Below are positions 43,707-55,402 of a stretch of DNA of 64,000 nucleotides, in pieces; the stretch's first letter is position 1; each line of letters starts with the position of its first letter. Location: the NCBI GenBank assembly GCA_000004695.1, contig CM000151.3:2720001-2784000 (forward strand), read 5' to 3'. The position numbers and the translations under genes are program-made. The notes under the pieces are model-generated. The model had not been told where the DNA came from, ran no database searches, and worked only from the letters and a program-made list of their open reading frames with translations. The DNA is from Dictyostelium discoideum. Its lineage: Eukaryota.

Positions 43707-43840
43707 TTTTTTTGTTTTTTTTGTTTTTTTTCAAACAAAAATCTGAAAATATCATTTCAAATAAAAAAAAAAATTAAATAAAGGTGAAAATATTTTTTAA
43801 TAACAAAATTAAATTAAATTTATTTTTAAAATTAAAAACT

Positions 43841-43918
<78 letters not shown>

Positions 43919-43988
43919 GAAAGATGGGGAAATATTGATAAAGTTGAAAAAAATGATTTGAGATTGCTTTTTTTTTTTGTACATAAAA

Positions 43989-45107
43989 TTATAAAATTAA
44001 TTTTCCAGTTTCTTTCCAATTCTTAATAAATGGTAAAACCGAATTTATATAATCATTATTTAAAAAATTATGAGGATGATCATTTTTATTAATATGAGGT
44101 ACAATTATAATATTTTCCATTGATTTACTATTATTTAAATGATTTGCACCTGTTGCAAATTTTGAAATTAAAGTATCTTCTAATTTTATAAAATTTAAAA
44201 CTTGTTTTGATTTTAAAATTTCAATATTATCATTATCATTATTATTATTATTAAAATCATTTGGTATTAAAATGCAACCTGGAGCTAAATATAGAAATGA
44301 AATTCTTGATAATAGATTTGGTGAATATTTAATAATGATTTTAATAGCATTTGTAACGAATGTACCACCATCAGAAGCACAAATTTGTAAAAATGATTTA
44401 TTAGGATTATCAAATAGATAATCAATCCATAATTGAGCTATTAGGATTGAAGTTTTTGAAAATTCACCACCATTTATAGTTAAATGTCTAATTGTATCCA
44501 TACAGAAACCAATTGTATCATTTGGTGAAGGTGAATAATCATCTGGTGAAATTTGATAAGATGGTAAATAAACACAGTGTAAATTCATACCTTCTACCAT
44601 TGATTCTGAAATTTTAGATGCATCTGTACCTGCCCAACCTATTGAATTACCCATACCGTTAACATATCCAATTTGTCCCATTTCATAATCTTTACCAATC
44701 TTTTCACCTAAACTATAATACTGTGTTGAATTTGTAGTTTTATTTCTTTTAAATCTATTTGTAAATTCAATTTTAATTAATTCATTATTATTATTTTCTA
44801 AATCATTTAAATGATTACATCTATGTAATGATCTTATTGTAAATTTTAAATTTTCAAATAAATGATTTTTACCATAAAATAATCCATCAATTCTTGAATC
44901 TTGTTTTTTACATAATTCCCAATAAATGGTTTCAACTTTATATTTTTCATCAATAGTTAATGATTCATAAATTTCTTTTAATTCTTGTAATGAAAATTTT
45001 TCATCATATTTATTTGGTTCAATACATAAATAACTAAAATTTTTATTAATAAAATTTTTAGAATAACTTGCAAATGAATATGCAATACTTGATTTTATAA
45101 ATTGCAT
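43989..45107 (-). CDS. Hypothetical protein
   Basis: 372 aa uninterrupted ORF with Dictyostelium-like codon usage (…GYVNGMGNSIGWAGTDA…). I recognised no domain with confidence. Confidence 0.5.
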   Translation of the reverse strand: MQFIKSSIAYSFASYSKNFINKNFSYLCIEPNKYDEKFSLQELKEIYESLTIDEKYKVETIYWELCKKQDSRIDGLFYGKNHLFENLKFTIRSLHRCNHLNDLENNNNELIKIEFTNRFKRNKTTNSTQYYSLGEKIGKDYEMGQIGYVNGMGNSIGWAGTDASKISESMVEGMNLHCVYLPSYQISPDDYSPSPNDTIGFCMDTIRHLTINGGEFSKTSILIAQLWIDYLFDNPNKSFLQICASDGGTFVTNAIKIIIKYSPNLLSRISFLYLAPGCILIPNDFNNNNNDNDNIEILKSKQVLNFIKLEDTLISKFATGANHLNNSKSMENIIIVPHINKNDHPHNFLNNDYINSVLPFIKNWKETGKLIL

Positions 45108-45311
45108 TTTTTTTAATAAAAATTTAAAATAAAAAAAAAAAAAAAAAATAAAAAAAACAAGGCCACACTAATAAAAAAAAAGTGGGAAAATATTAATAAA
45201 AAAAACCATTTATTTATTTATTTTTAGATTTTATTTTTGTATTTTTATTTTTATATTTTTATTTTTTTATTTTATTTTTATTCTTTGATCTTATTTCAGG
45301 TTATTAAAGTT

Positions 45312-45355
<44 letters not shown>

Positions 45356-45364
<9 letters not shown>

Positions 45365-48300
45365 TGAAGAATAAAGTTTTAATAATAATGAAGAAGATAA
45401 AACTGATAATGAAGAAACTACCATTGCAGCAGCAGCAGCCATTGGTGGTAAAGACACACCAAAGATTACTCTAAATAAACCAGCGGCTAGTGGAACAGCA
45501 CAAAGATTATAGATTAAAGCTAATGTGAAATTAATTTTAATTCTACGGAAAACTACTCTCGATAAATGAATTGAACGATAAACATCAGTGAGTGAATTTT
45601 TCAATAAAACGATTGAAGATGATTCAATAGCGATATCAGTACCAGTTGCAACTGAAATACCAACATCAGCTTGTGACAATGCAGGTGAATCATTAACACC
45701 ATCACCAACGAAACAAACTACATTACCACTAGCTTGTAAATCTGAAACTTTCTCTGCTTTCTCTTTTGGTATAACCTCTGAATAGATATGATCTTCATCA
45801 ATGCCAACTTGATTTGCAATGAATTTAGCTGCTCTTTTATTATCACCTGTTACCATGTAACATTTTAATCCCATTGATTTTAATTTCTTTATTGCTCTTT
45901 TTGAATCATCTCTTGGTATATCTGAAATTGACATTATACCTTTAAATAAAATAGTGGTGGTACTAGTGGTATCATTGTCATCATTGCTATCACCATATGA
46001 AACATAAATTACAGTTTTACCATTTGTTTCCCATGATTGAGCTAATTCAACGAATTCAATTGGTACATTAATTGAATTATCTTTCATAAATGATAAATTA
46101 CCAATTTTACATTGAATTAATGAATCTACAATACATGATAAACCTCTACCAGCAATACCTTTAAAATCTGAAACTGGTGGGAATTGATAATCTTGAATCA
46201 TTGGCGAACCAATTGGATCTGCACCTTTGGTGGTTAAAGTTTGTTTGCAAAATTGTACAATTGCTTTACCAATTGGATGTTCTGAACCACTTTCAGCTGC
46301 ACCAACAATTTTAAAAAATAATTTATCTTCTTCTTCTTTTGGAGCAGAGTTGTTGTTGTTGTTGTTATCGTTGTTGTTTGATTGATGGTTTACACGATAA
46401 TCAGTTACATTCATTTTACCAGTTGTAATTGTACCAGTTTTATCAAATAAAATTGCAGTTGCTTTATGAGCAGTTTCTAATGGTTTACCACCTTTAATTA
46501 ATATACCAATTGAAGCACCAACACCAGTACCAACCATAACAGCAGTTGGGGTTGCTAAACCTAATGCACATGGACATGCAATTACAATTACAGAGATTGC
46601 AGTTAAGAATGAGTATAGGAATGGTGATGTATTATGTCTCCATTCAGCAGATACTGAATTTGTCTCGGTTACAGCTATCCAAATACCAAATGTAATTAAA
46701 CCTAATAATAGAATGATTGGTACGAAATATTTTGAGATTGTATCTGCTAATTGTTGAATTGGTGCTTTTGAAGTTTGAGCTTGTTGAACTAACCCAATGA
46801 TTTGTGATAATGTATTCTCACTACCGATTTTATTTGCCTTAATAATTAAAACACCATCCAAATTCAATGTACCACCAGTAACTGAATCATTAACTTTCTT
46901 CAATACTGGTATACTCTCACCAGTGATCATACTTTCATCACATGATGATGAACCATTAATAACAATACCATCAGTTGGAATTGATTGACCTGGTATAACT
47001 TTTAATAAATCACCATATGAAATTAATGATGATTGTATAATTTCTTCAGATTCAATTATAATTGGTGCAGTTGATGAGCCATTGTAATTATCTTGATTTC
47101 TTAATGTAACTAATGTGGTTTCTTTTGATTGTAAATTCATTAATTTTACAATTGCTGATGAAGTATGACCCTTTGCAATATTTTCTAACCATCTACCAAG
47201 AATAATGAATGTAATTAAACTTGCAGAAGTTTCAAAGAAATGCATTGCTTCATACATTGGGTTTACTATACCAATGATAATTGAAATTACTGAATAAACA
47301 TAGGCACATGTTGAACCAACTGCAACTAATAAATCCATATTACCATGTAAATTTTTAACGGCAGCATATGAAACTTTATAAAATGTAGCACCACTTATAA
47401 ATTGGACAGGGGTTGCTAAAATGAAACCTATCAATGCTTCAACTGGGAACCCATCAGCTAATTGATAATGTAAGAATTTAATACTCTTTATCGGTACCAA
47501 TATCATTGCAATAATAATCAATGGCAATGTCCATGATATTGAAAATATGAATAAATGTTTCCATTTCTTAATTTCTCTCTTTCTCATTAACGAATTCTTA
47601 ATATCATCAGTCTCTGGATTAAATAATTCACTATCAATATCATAATCTAATTTCAATGATTTCATTATAACTCTTGCTCCGATTTGATATGAATCACCAT
47701 CAACTTTTAATAAAACAATTTGATCACCACTATTTTTATTTTTTTTATTTTTCTTTTGTGATGATGATGATGAGTGTTGTTTAATAATTTCTAAATTTGA
47801 AATACCTTGAAATTTAATTTTTAAATCATCAAATAATAATAATGGTTGTTCATCATTTAGTTTATTGGATTGTTTTTCTTGATAATTTAAAAGTTTTAAA
47901 TGAAAAGTACCAGCTTTTGATTGTTGAATTAATTTAGTTTCAAATCCTAATATTTCAATTGATTCTTGAATTTCTTTAACATCTTTACAAATCGATGAAT
48001 TATATTTAATTTCAGCTCTTTCGGCCAATAAATTAACATTACATTCAATTACACCATCAACACTTTTAATACTATGTTCGACCATACCAACACATGATGC
48101 ACATGTCATACCAAATACACCAATTGATATTATTTCAATTAATTCTAATTTATTATTATTATTATTATTATCAATTTTAATATCAATTGATTCCATTTCA
48201 ATTGATGTTGAATTATTATATTTATTATTATTATTAATTTCAACAACTTCTTCATCTGATGATGAAATTGGTTCAAATGGAGATTTAGTAATACTACTAA

Positions 48301-48605
48301 TATCATTTAATGATGATGAAGATGATGAATTTGAATAATCTAATAATAATGGTGAAGTAACTGTTGATGTTTGTTGTTGTTGTTGCTTTTGTTTTTGACA
48401 TTTAAAACCCAATTTTTCAATTGTTTTTCTAATGGTTCTATCATTTACACTTGCAATAACGAATAATTGTTTGGTTTTAAAATTGATTTTAACTGAATGA
48501 ATATTTTTATTTTGTAATAATGTTGCTTCAATTCTATTGGCACAACCAACTTCACATTTCATACCTTTAATTTCAAATACTCTTTCTCTACTATTATAAT
48601 CACCA

Positions 48606-48640
<35 letters not shown>

Positions 48641-49268
48641 TGGTGATTGTAATATACTACCATCATTTAATAATGGTGTATTTTCCATTGATTCCTTTTT
48701 TTTAAAAAAATTAAATTAATAAAATAATTATTTAATATATTTATATTTATATATTTATATTTACCATTAATTCTGGACATTCTTTTGATTGAATTGCAGC
48801 AACTTCTAAATTTAAAGATTTAAATTGTTTTAAAATTTTAAATAAATAACGATCGACACTACATTCAACTTGAACTATTTGATTGGTATAATCAATGTTT
48901 ACATAGATAACATCGGTTGAAATCTCTTGTAATGTTTGTTTAATAGTTTCAACCAATTCTTCATTACCTTTTAATTGTGGAATGTAGAATCTGAAAAATG
49001 TATTTTCAATTAATCCTGAAATTGGACAACATTTTCTTTCAACTGTAGATTGTTGTTGTTGTTGTCCATCACTTTCAACACCACTATCTCCACAACTTCC
49101 ACTTTCACATTTACAACCATTACTTTCGTTTGGTTTTTGTTGTTGTCCAATGATTGGTGAAGAACAACATGTTGTGGATTTATTTTCAGTTTCAATTAAT
49201 CCTTGTAAAAGATCATTACATGAACATTTAATACAATTGCAATTACATCCGTCAAGTGAAATTGCCAT
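45356..49268 (-). CDS. Copper-transporting P1B-type ATPase (ATP7-like) with an additional upstream exon encoding a Cys-rich, degenerate metal-binding domain
   Basis: Exon 2 is 45356..48694 (1110 aa ORF). It has heavy-metal-associated domains (MKCEVGC; GMTCASCVGMVEH), a CPC motif (IACPCALGLATP), DKTGT phosphorylation motif (FDKTGTITTGK) and GDGVNDSPAL. Exon 1 is 48765..49268, the 173 aa ORF starting MAISLDGCNCNCIKCSCN. The inferred 70 bp intron 48695..48764 (ATG|GTAAAT ... AAAAAAAAG|GAATCAATGGAAAAT) joins exon 1 in frame to the ATPase. Confidence 0.75.
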
Positions 49269-49314
49269 TTTTTTTTTTTTTTTATTTAGATAATTTTTTT
49301 TTTTTTGTTTAGAT

Positions 49315-49348
<34 letters not shown>

Positions 49349-49623
49349 CTGGAACTTAAATATATATTCTTAAAAAGGTTTATAAATTTTTAAAATGAAA
49401 TTATTGTGATATTTCTAAAAAAATAAATAAATAAATAAAATTAATTAAACATGTATTATATTGCTATTATAATTACAATTATTGTTATGTTGTTACAATA
49501 ATAAATGATAAATGGAATGGAAAATGAAAAATAATATCTAAACAAAAAAAAAAAAAAAAAAGTGTGGTTCAATAGGTAAAAATATCTTAATTAACAACGA
49601 CAAAAAGTTTAGCAAGAAATATT

Positions 49624-49657
<34 letters not shown>

Positions 49658-50290
49658 TGAATAAAGAAAATAACACACATATACGTTTTTAGAAATTTTA
49701 AAAACTCACACAACACATTAACTTTTAAATAATTTTTTTTAAAGGGTGGGGTAAATTATTTTTATAAAAACAAAGAAATTATAGGAACAACTTATTTTTA
49801 TTTTATATGGGTTAATAAATTAAAAAAAAAAAAAAAAAAATAAAAAAAAAATAGAAAAAAACTATTTAAATACATTTTTTATTTGTACAAGTGAATCCAA
49901 ATGAATTTAAAAAAAAAAATTTTAAAAAAAAAAAAAATCCAATAAAAATAATCTAGATTTATTAATTAAAAAAAAACAGTAACTTTATCGTTATATATGT
50001 GTAGTGACAATAATATAAAAAAAAAAAATAAAAAAAAATAAATAACGCACAATTACAACACTATAAAATTTTTAAAATACAAAAAAAGAAAAAATAAAAA
50101 ATCAAAACAATGGAAGTTTATATGTGGGTGATAAAGATAAAAGTGATAAGGAGGTGTTTTTTTTTTTTTTTAAAAAAATTATTTTTTTATTTATTTTTTT
50201 ATTTATTTTTTTTATTTTTTTATTTATTTTTTTTATTTGTTTATTTATTTATTAATTTATATTATTATAACTGATATTATTGGAGCATTG

Positions 50291-50396
50291 TTGAAGAAGA
50301 GGAAATGAAGAGGAAATGAAGAGGAAAAATTGAAGAGGAAAAATTGAAGTGGAAAAATCGAAGAGGAATAAAATGAAGAGGGAAAATGAAGAGGAG
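50291..50396. repeat. GA-rich imperfect tandem repeat (GAAGAGGAAAAAT-like units, about 8 copies)
   Basis: gaagaggaaatgaagaggaaatgaagaggaaaaattgaagaggaaaaattgaagtggaaaaatcgaagaggaa... in intergenic DNA between the ATPase gene and the Arb2-like gene. Confidence 0.8.
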
Positions 50397-50871
50397 GGTT
50401 GTTGTTTGTATTTACCTTTGAGGCTGTGGGTATTTTTGATTGAGTGTGTGAAAATTTTTTTTTTTTTTTAAAAAGTATCAAAAAAATTTTTAAAAAAAAA
50501 AAAAAAAATTAAAAAAATTAAAAAAAAATAAAAAAAAATGAAAATAAAAAAAAAATATAAAAAAAAAAGTCCCAGTGCTTCTATTTGATTCTACACACAC
50601 GTAAATTTTGGTGAAATGCAAAAAAAAAAAAAAAAAAACAAAAAACAAAAATAGAAAAAATTAAAAAAAAATGATATAAATAAACAAAAGAAAATAAAGA
50701 TTGGGTATTTTTTAAAAATAAAAATTAAACAAAATAGTTCATCTTTGTCATTTTTATTTTATTTTTATTTATTTATTTTTATTTTTTTTTTTTTATTTTT
50801 TTATTTTTTTTTTGAAACAATGTTTTTTTTTATTTTTTTTTTTTTTTTTTTAATTTAAATTTTTGAGCTTT

Positions 50872-50908
<37 letters not shown>

Positions 50909-50911
<3 letters not shown>

Positions 50912-52066
50912 TCAGACATTGAAAAAGAAGAAAATAAAGATAGTTCACCACCAACTACACCACCAACAGGAGGACCCACAAAAAATAATGATATTGATGA
51001 TGATGAAAAAGAAAATAAAATTGAAAGATCATTAACAGAGAATTTAAATAAAAGATTTTACAACAACAACAACAACAATAGTAATAATTCTAATGGTGAA
51101 GAAATTGAAGATATTGATTATAAAAATTTTAAAACTATTAAAGAATTTGGATATTATTATAATGATAAAGGTGAATTAAGAAGTATTGAAGGTGAAGAGA
51201 AATTTAAATTTATAAATCAACAACAGTATGATAGGTTAGGTGATATTATTGTGAAAACCATTCAAAATAAAATGAAATCGGAACCAATCAATTTAGAGGA
51301 GCATTGGATACCAAAAGGTGAAACCAACCAATGTAACATTTTCACAAGTAAAGATTTCTTTGAAAACCCAACAAAGCTTATGGTATTCATTAATGGTAGT
51401 GGTGCAGTTAAATCTGGTCAATGGGCAAGAAGTCTATGTATAAATGACACACTAAACACTGGTTCGATTTTACCTTATTTGAATGACGCAATTTCAAATG
51501 ATTTCTCAATCATAGTTTTAAATCCAAATTATAATGTATTTGAAGAAAGAATAATTGAAGAAGGAGAAGAACAAAAAGAAAAAGCAAAAGAAGAGGAAGA
51601 AAAAAAAGATGATAATGGTAAACTATTAAAAAAGAAAAGAGTAGATAATTCAATCAAAGGTAGTGAAAATTCAAATAATCATATTTTAACAGTTTATGAT
51701 GAATTTATAAAGAAATCACCAGCAAAAGAGATTGTAATTGTTGCACATAGTTTTGGTGGTGTGAATACTACATATCTATTGGATAATAGAGGTGAAGAGA
51801 TTGCTGATAGATTAAAATCCATTGCATTCACTGATTCCGTTCATTCATTATCACCAAAATCATCATCTTTCACTAAGTCATTCTTTGCTGATGAAAATAA
51901 AACAAAGAATTGGGTAAAAAGTGATAAAAAGTTAAATACAGATTTAGGATTTTCAAAATTACAAGGTTGCAATATAGCCTCATCTGGTCACAGAGTTCAC
52001 GAATTCACTTCCTCAGCTTGTAGAGTACCTTTATTTCAATTTATTTTAAATTCATTAAAAAAATAA
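50909..52066 (+). CDS. Arb2 / FAM172A-like alpha/beta-hydrolase-fold protein
   Basis: 385 aa ORF with an acidic/N-rich N-terminus, then ...LMVFINGSGAVKSGQWARSLCINDTLNTGSILPYLN... and IVIVAHSFGGVNTTYLL (GxSxG-type elbow), as in the FAM172/Arb2 family. Confidence 0.5.
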
Positions 52067-52127
52067 AAAAAAAACAACAATTTAATTTTTAATTTTTTTT
52101 TAATTTTTTATTTTTTAATTTTTATTA

Positions 52128-53399
52128 TCAATTATTATTTTCTTCAATTATAGAGTTATTTAAAGTATTACTATTATCTGTATTTAAAATTGAATTATTT
52201 GTTTCATTATTTACAACAATATCAATTGATTTTGAAATACTTGAAAATGAATTTTCCAATTCAATTGATTGATCTAATGATTTACCACCTGTTAAATCAA
52301 GACTTGATTTATTTTTTTTACCCACACTATCAATTTCTGTTTTTATTAATTATATAGGTGTTAATATTTTTTTTTAAACTCTTTTTTTTTTTTTTACTAA
52401 TAAAAAAATAAACCTTACCTAAACTTGATTTATCACTAAATGAAGTTGTTTTAACTTTTCTAAATAATAAATAATTTTGAAATTTAAAATTTGCCAAGAC
52501 AAACATTACAACTATCATTTGTGTTGTATCAATTAATTGTGTAAAGAATAACCACCAAATTTTATTTTTTAATGAAAAATCAAATTGAAAATTGAATACT
52601 AATTCTTCAACAAATGTACATACAAATGTTAGGATTAAAGTTACTAATAAAACTTTAGTTTTAAAAATCATATCTTGAAAATGTTCAAATGATGTATTCT
52701 TTTTATGTTTTTTTAAACTTCTTAATAATGCACTACCAAATGATATAATCATTATTGAATAAATTAATAATAATAATAAAAATCCAACACCTTGACCAAA
52801 TTTTAAATCCATTGTTAAACTACCAACACAAATAAATGTTTGGTAACATAATAAAACAATTATAAATATAACAGTTGCAATATTTACTGGTTTTAAATTA
52901 TTTACTCTAATATCATCAGATACAAAAAATGAATACATTATAAGTAACCTTTTTTAAAAAAAAAATAATTATTTTATGGAAAATTAGTATTAATTAATTC
53001 TGAAAAAAAATATTATTTTTTTTTTTATTTTTTTTTGACTTTAATTAATAATTTAGGTATTTACCAAAAGTGAAGAATAAAAACCCATTCACAAAATACA
53101 CAAATTGTACCAATTGAGGAGAAGAAAAATCCAATACTACCAACAGTGATACCAGTTGGATTTTGGTAAAATAAAATTGTGGATAATGAACGCATAAAAC
53201 AAAATATTGACATTGATAAATAAATAAAAAATCTAGTGCCATATTTATTTTTTTTTTTTACCATTGTTCTCCCCTCAACATAAGCTTGGAAAATATTTAA
53301 AATGAAAAAAAATATATATAATAATAATCTAATTCCCATATATGAATATAATGCATTATGTTTTGCATCATGTTTAGTTATTAATATATCATCTGACAT
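52128..53399 (-). CDS. Multi-pass membrane protein (3 exons, about 357 aa)
   Basis: Exon 1 is 53065..53399 (MSDDILITKHDAKHN...ILHFW). Intron 1 is 52949..53064 (TG|GTAAAT...AAAAAG). Exon 2 is 52419..52948 (…WLLIMYSFFVSDD…, ORF 52330..52938). Intron 2 is 52337..52418 (G|GTAAGG...AACAG). Exon 3 is 52128..52336 (EIDSVGKKNKSSLDLTGG...). All junctions are in frame, and the product has 6-7 hydrophobic segments. Confidence 0.6.
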
Positions 53400-53953
53400 T
53401 TTTTTTTTAATTATTTATTTTTTGTTTTTATTTTTTATTTATTTTTTATTTTTTTTTTGTTCAATAAAATGTAATATAATATGTGTATAATAAAAAAGAT
53501 GGTAATAATTTATTTTTAGTTATTTCTAAAATAAAAAAAACTAAATGAAAAAAAAAAAAAATAAAAAAAGAAAAAAAAAAAGGCAATCATTTTGATGATT
53601 ATTAGAATCTTTATCAAAAAAAAAAAAAAAAAAAAAAAAAATAATAATTAAAAAAAAGAAAAAAAAAAAAAAAACGAAAAAAGATTATCAAAAGATTATT
53701 AGACGTCTAAAAATAAACCAATAGTTTCATTAAAAAAAAAAAAAAAAAATTTTTTAAAAGAAAATATCAAAAAATAAATATCTATGAAAATCAACAACCA
53801 ATAATCTTTCGACAAAAACAAAAAATTAAAAAAAAAGGTAAAAAAAAAAAAAAAAAAAAAAATTAAAATTTCCTTACCCTGATATCATATGCCACGGCAC
53901 CGATTATTTGAAGTTTTCAATTTCCAATATTTTTTTCTTTTATTTTGGTTTTC

Positions 53954-53998
<45 letters not shown>

Positions 53999-55127
53999 AA
54001 ATGGGTTGCACAAAAATGATTTACTTTTTTTAAATTTGCGGTAACGAGCGAACATATTCCAAAAAAATAAAATAAAATAAAAAAAAATAAAACAATAAAA
54101 TTATTTGATTTAGAATTTTTTAAATTAAAACCCCAAACAATTCTTTTTTTTTTTTATGTAATTTAAAAAAACTATTATATTTAATTAATTCTTTATTGTT
54201 TTTTAATAATTTAATTATTACCTCACACATATACTTTCTCTTTGGGATACATAAAATTCTAAAAATAGAATTGATATTTTTTTTTTTTTTACCCAGGAGG
54301 GATCTTTTAACTGGTTATTTTGTTTTCCCCACTAATTTCAATATATAATTCCCATTTAAAAATATCAGCAAGCTTGAATGATTTTAAAATAAAATAAAAT
54401 AAAATAAAATATCATTTGTAAAATATAAAATATAAAAAATAGTAATTTTTGAAAAAGGTAAAGAAAAGATAATTTCAATTTTTAGGCTGATATTAATATG
54501 CACCACATGACATATATCAATATCCTACTCAATTGATGAAAAGTGTTTTTATTTTTAGGGAATCTAAATGTTGAAACATCGATTAGTTTTGAAATGTTCC
54601 AGGGACAGAATCAATTTAAATTATATTATATTTACATATGAAATTGTTAAAAGAAATAGAAGTAGTGGTGTGAACACAATTTTTTATTTTTATTTTTATT
54701 TTTAAAAAAAAAAATGGGTAACTCTGACACACAACAATAATCTTTATTAATTTTAATTTAACCTATTTTATAATATTCATCGAAATTTTAAATAATTATT
54801 AAAAAAGATATTATAAATAAATAAAATTCCTGGCTTGAAAATAAAAAATTAAAAAAAAAAAAAAAATAATAAAAAAGATATTGACAATATTCCAAGCTTT
54901 TTTTTTTTTTTTTTTTTAATTCGTAAATCTAAAAAATTAAATGATTTTTATTTTCATTTTTTTTAATTTTTTTTTTTTTTTTTTATTTTGAAAAAAAAGA
55001 TTTATTTGAACAACAAACAGATTTTTATATTTTTATATTTTTTATTTTTTTTTTTTCAAAAAAAGATCCGTTTTATATGAAGAAAACAAATTTTTTCAAA
55101 AATATCATCGGTTTGGTTTGATAAGAA

Positions 55128-55184
55128 TTTAAAAGGAAGGTGGGAATTTGATATAAGATTTAAAAGGAAGGTGGGAATTTGATA
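55128..55184 (+). promoter_or_regulatory. Tandem direct repeat (2 copies of TTTAAAAGGAAGGTGGGAATTTGATA) upstream of the G8-domain gene
   Basis: Two copies of a 26 bp GC-containing unit, 5 bp apart, lying 220-275 bp upstream of the ATG at 55403. Confidence 0.35.
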
Positions 55185-55402
55185 AAATAATTTAAAAATC
55201 CTACACAATGTCTTTCTGATAATTAAGAAACCCAAATTAATTCCATTGATTTCTTTATTATAATTGGTGGAAAAAATAAATGCCAAGATATTTTTATTTT
55301 TTTTTTTTATTTTTTTTTTTTAAATAAAAAAAAAGAATATAAAAGGATTTTCATTAATTTTATTTTAATATTAAACAACATCAAAAACAAATATTTTTTA
55401 AA

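Noticed and set aside
49010-49195. Minus-strand ORF 49010..49195 (61 aa) and plus-strand ORFs 45588..45785 and 46797..46988
   Set aside because: They are alternative-frame or antisense readings inside the Cu-ATPase exons.
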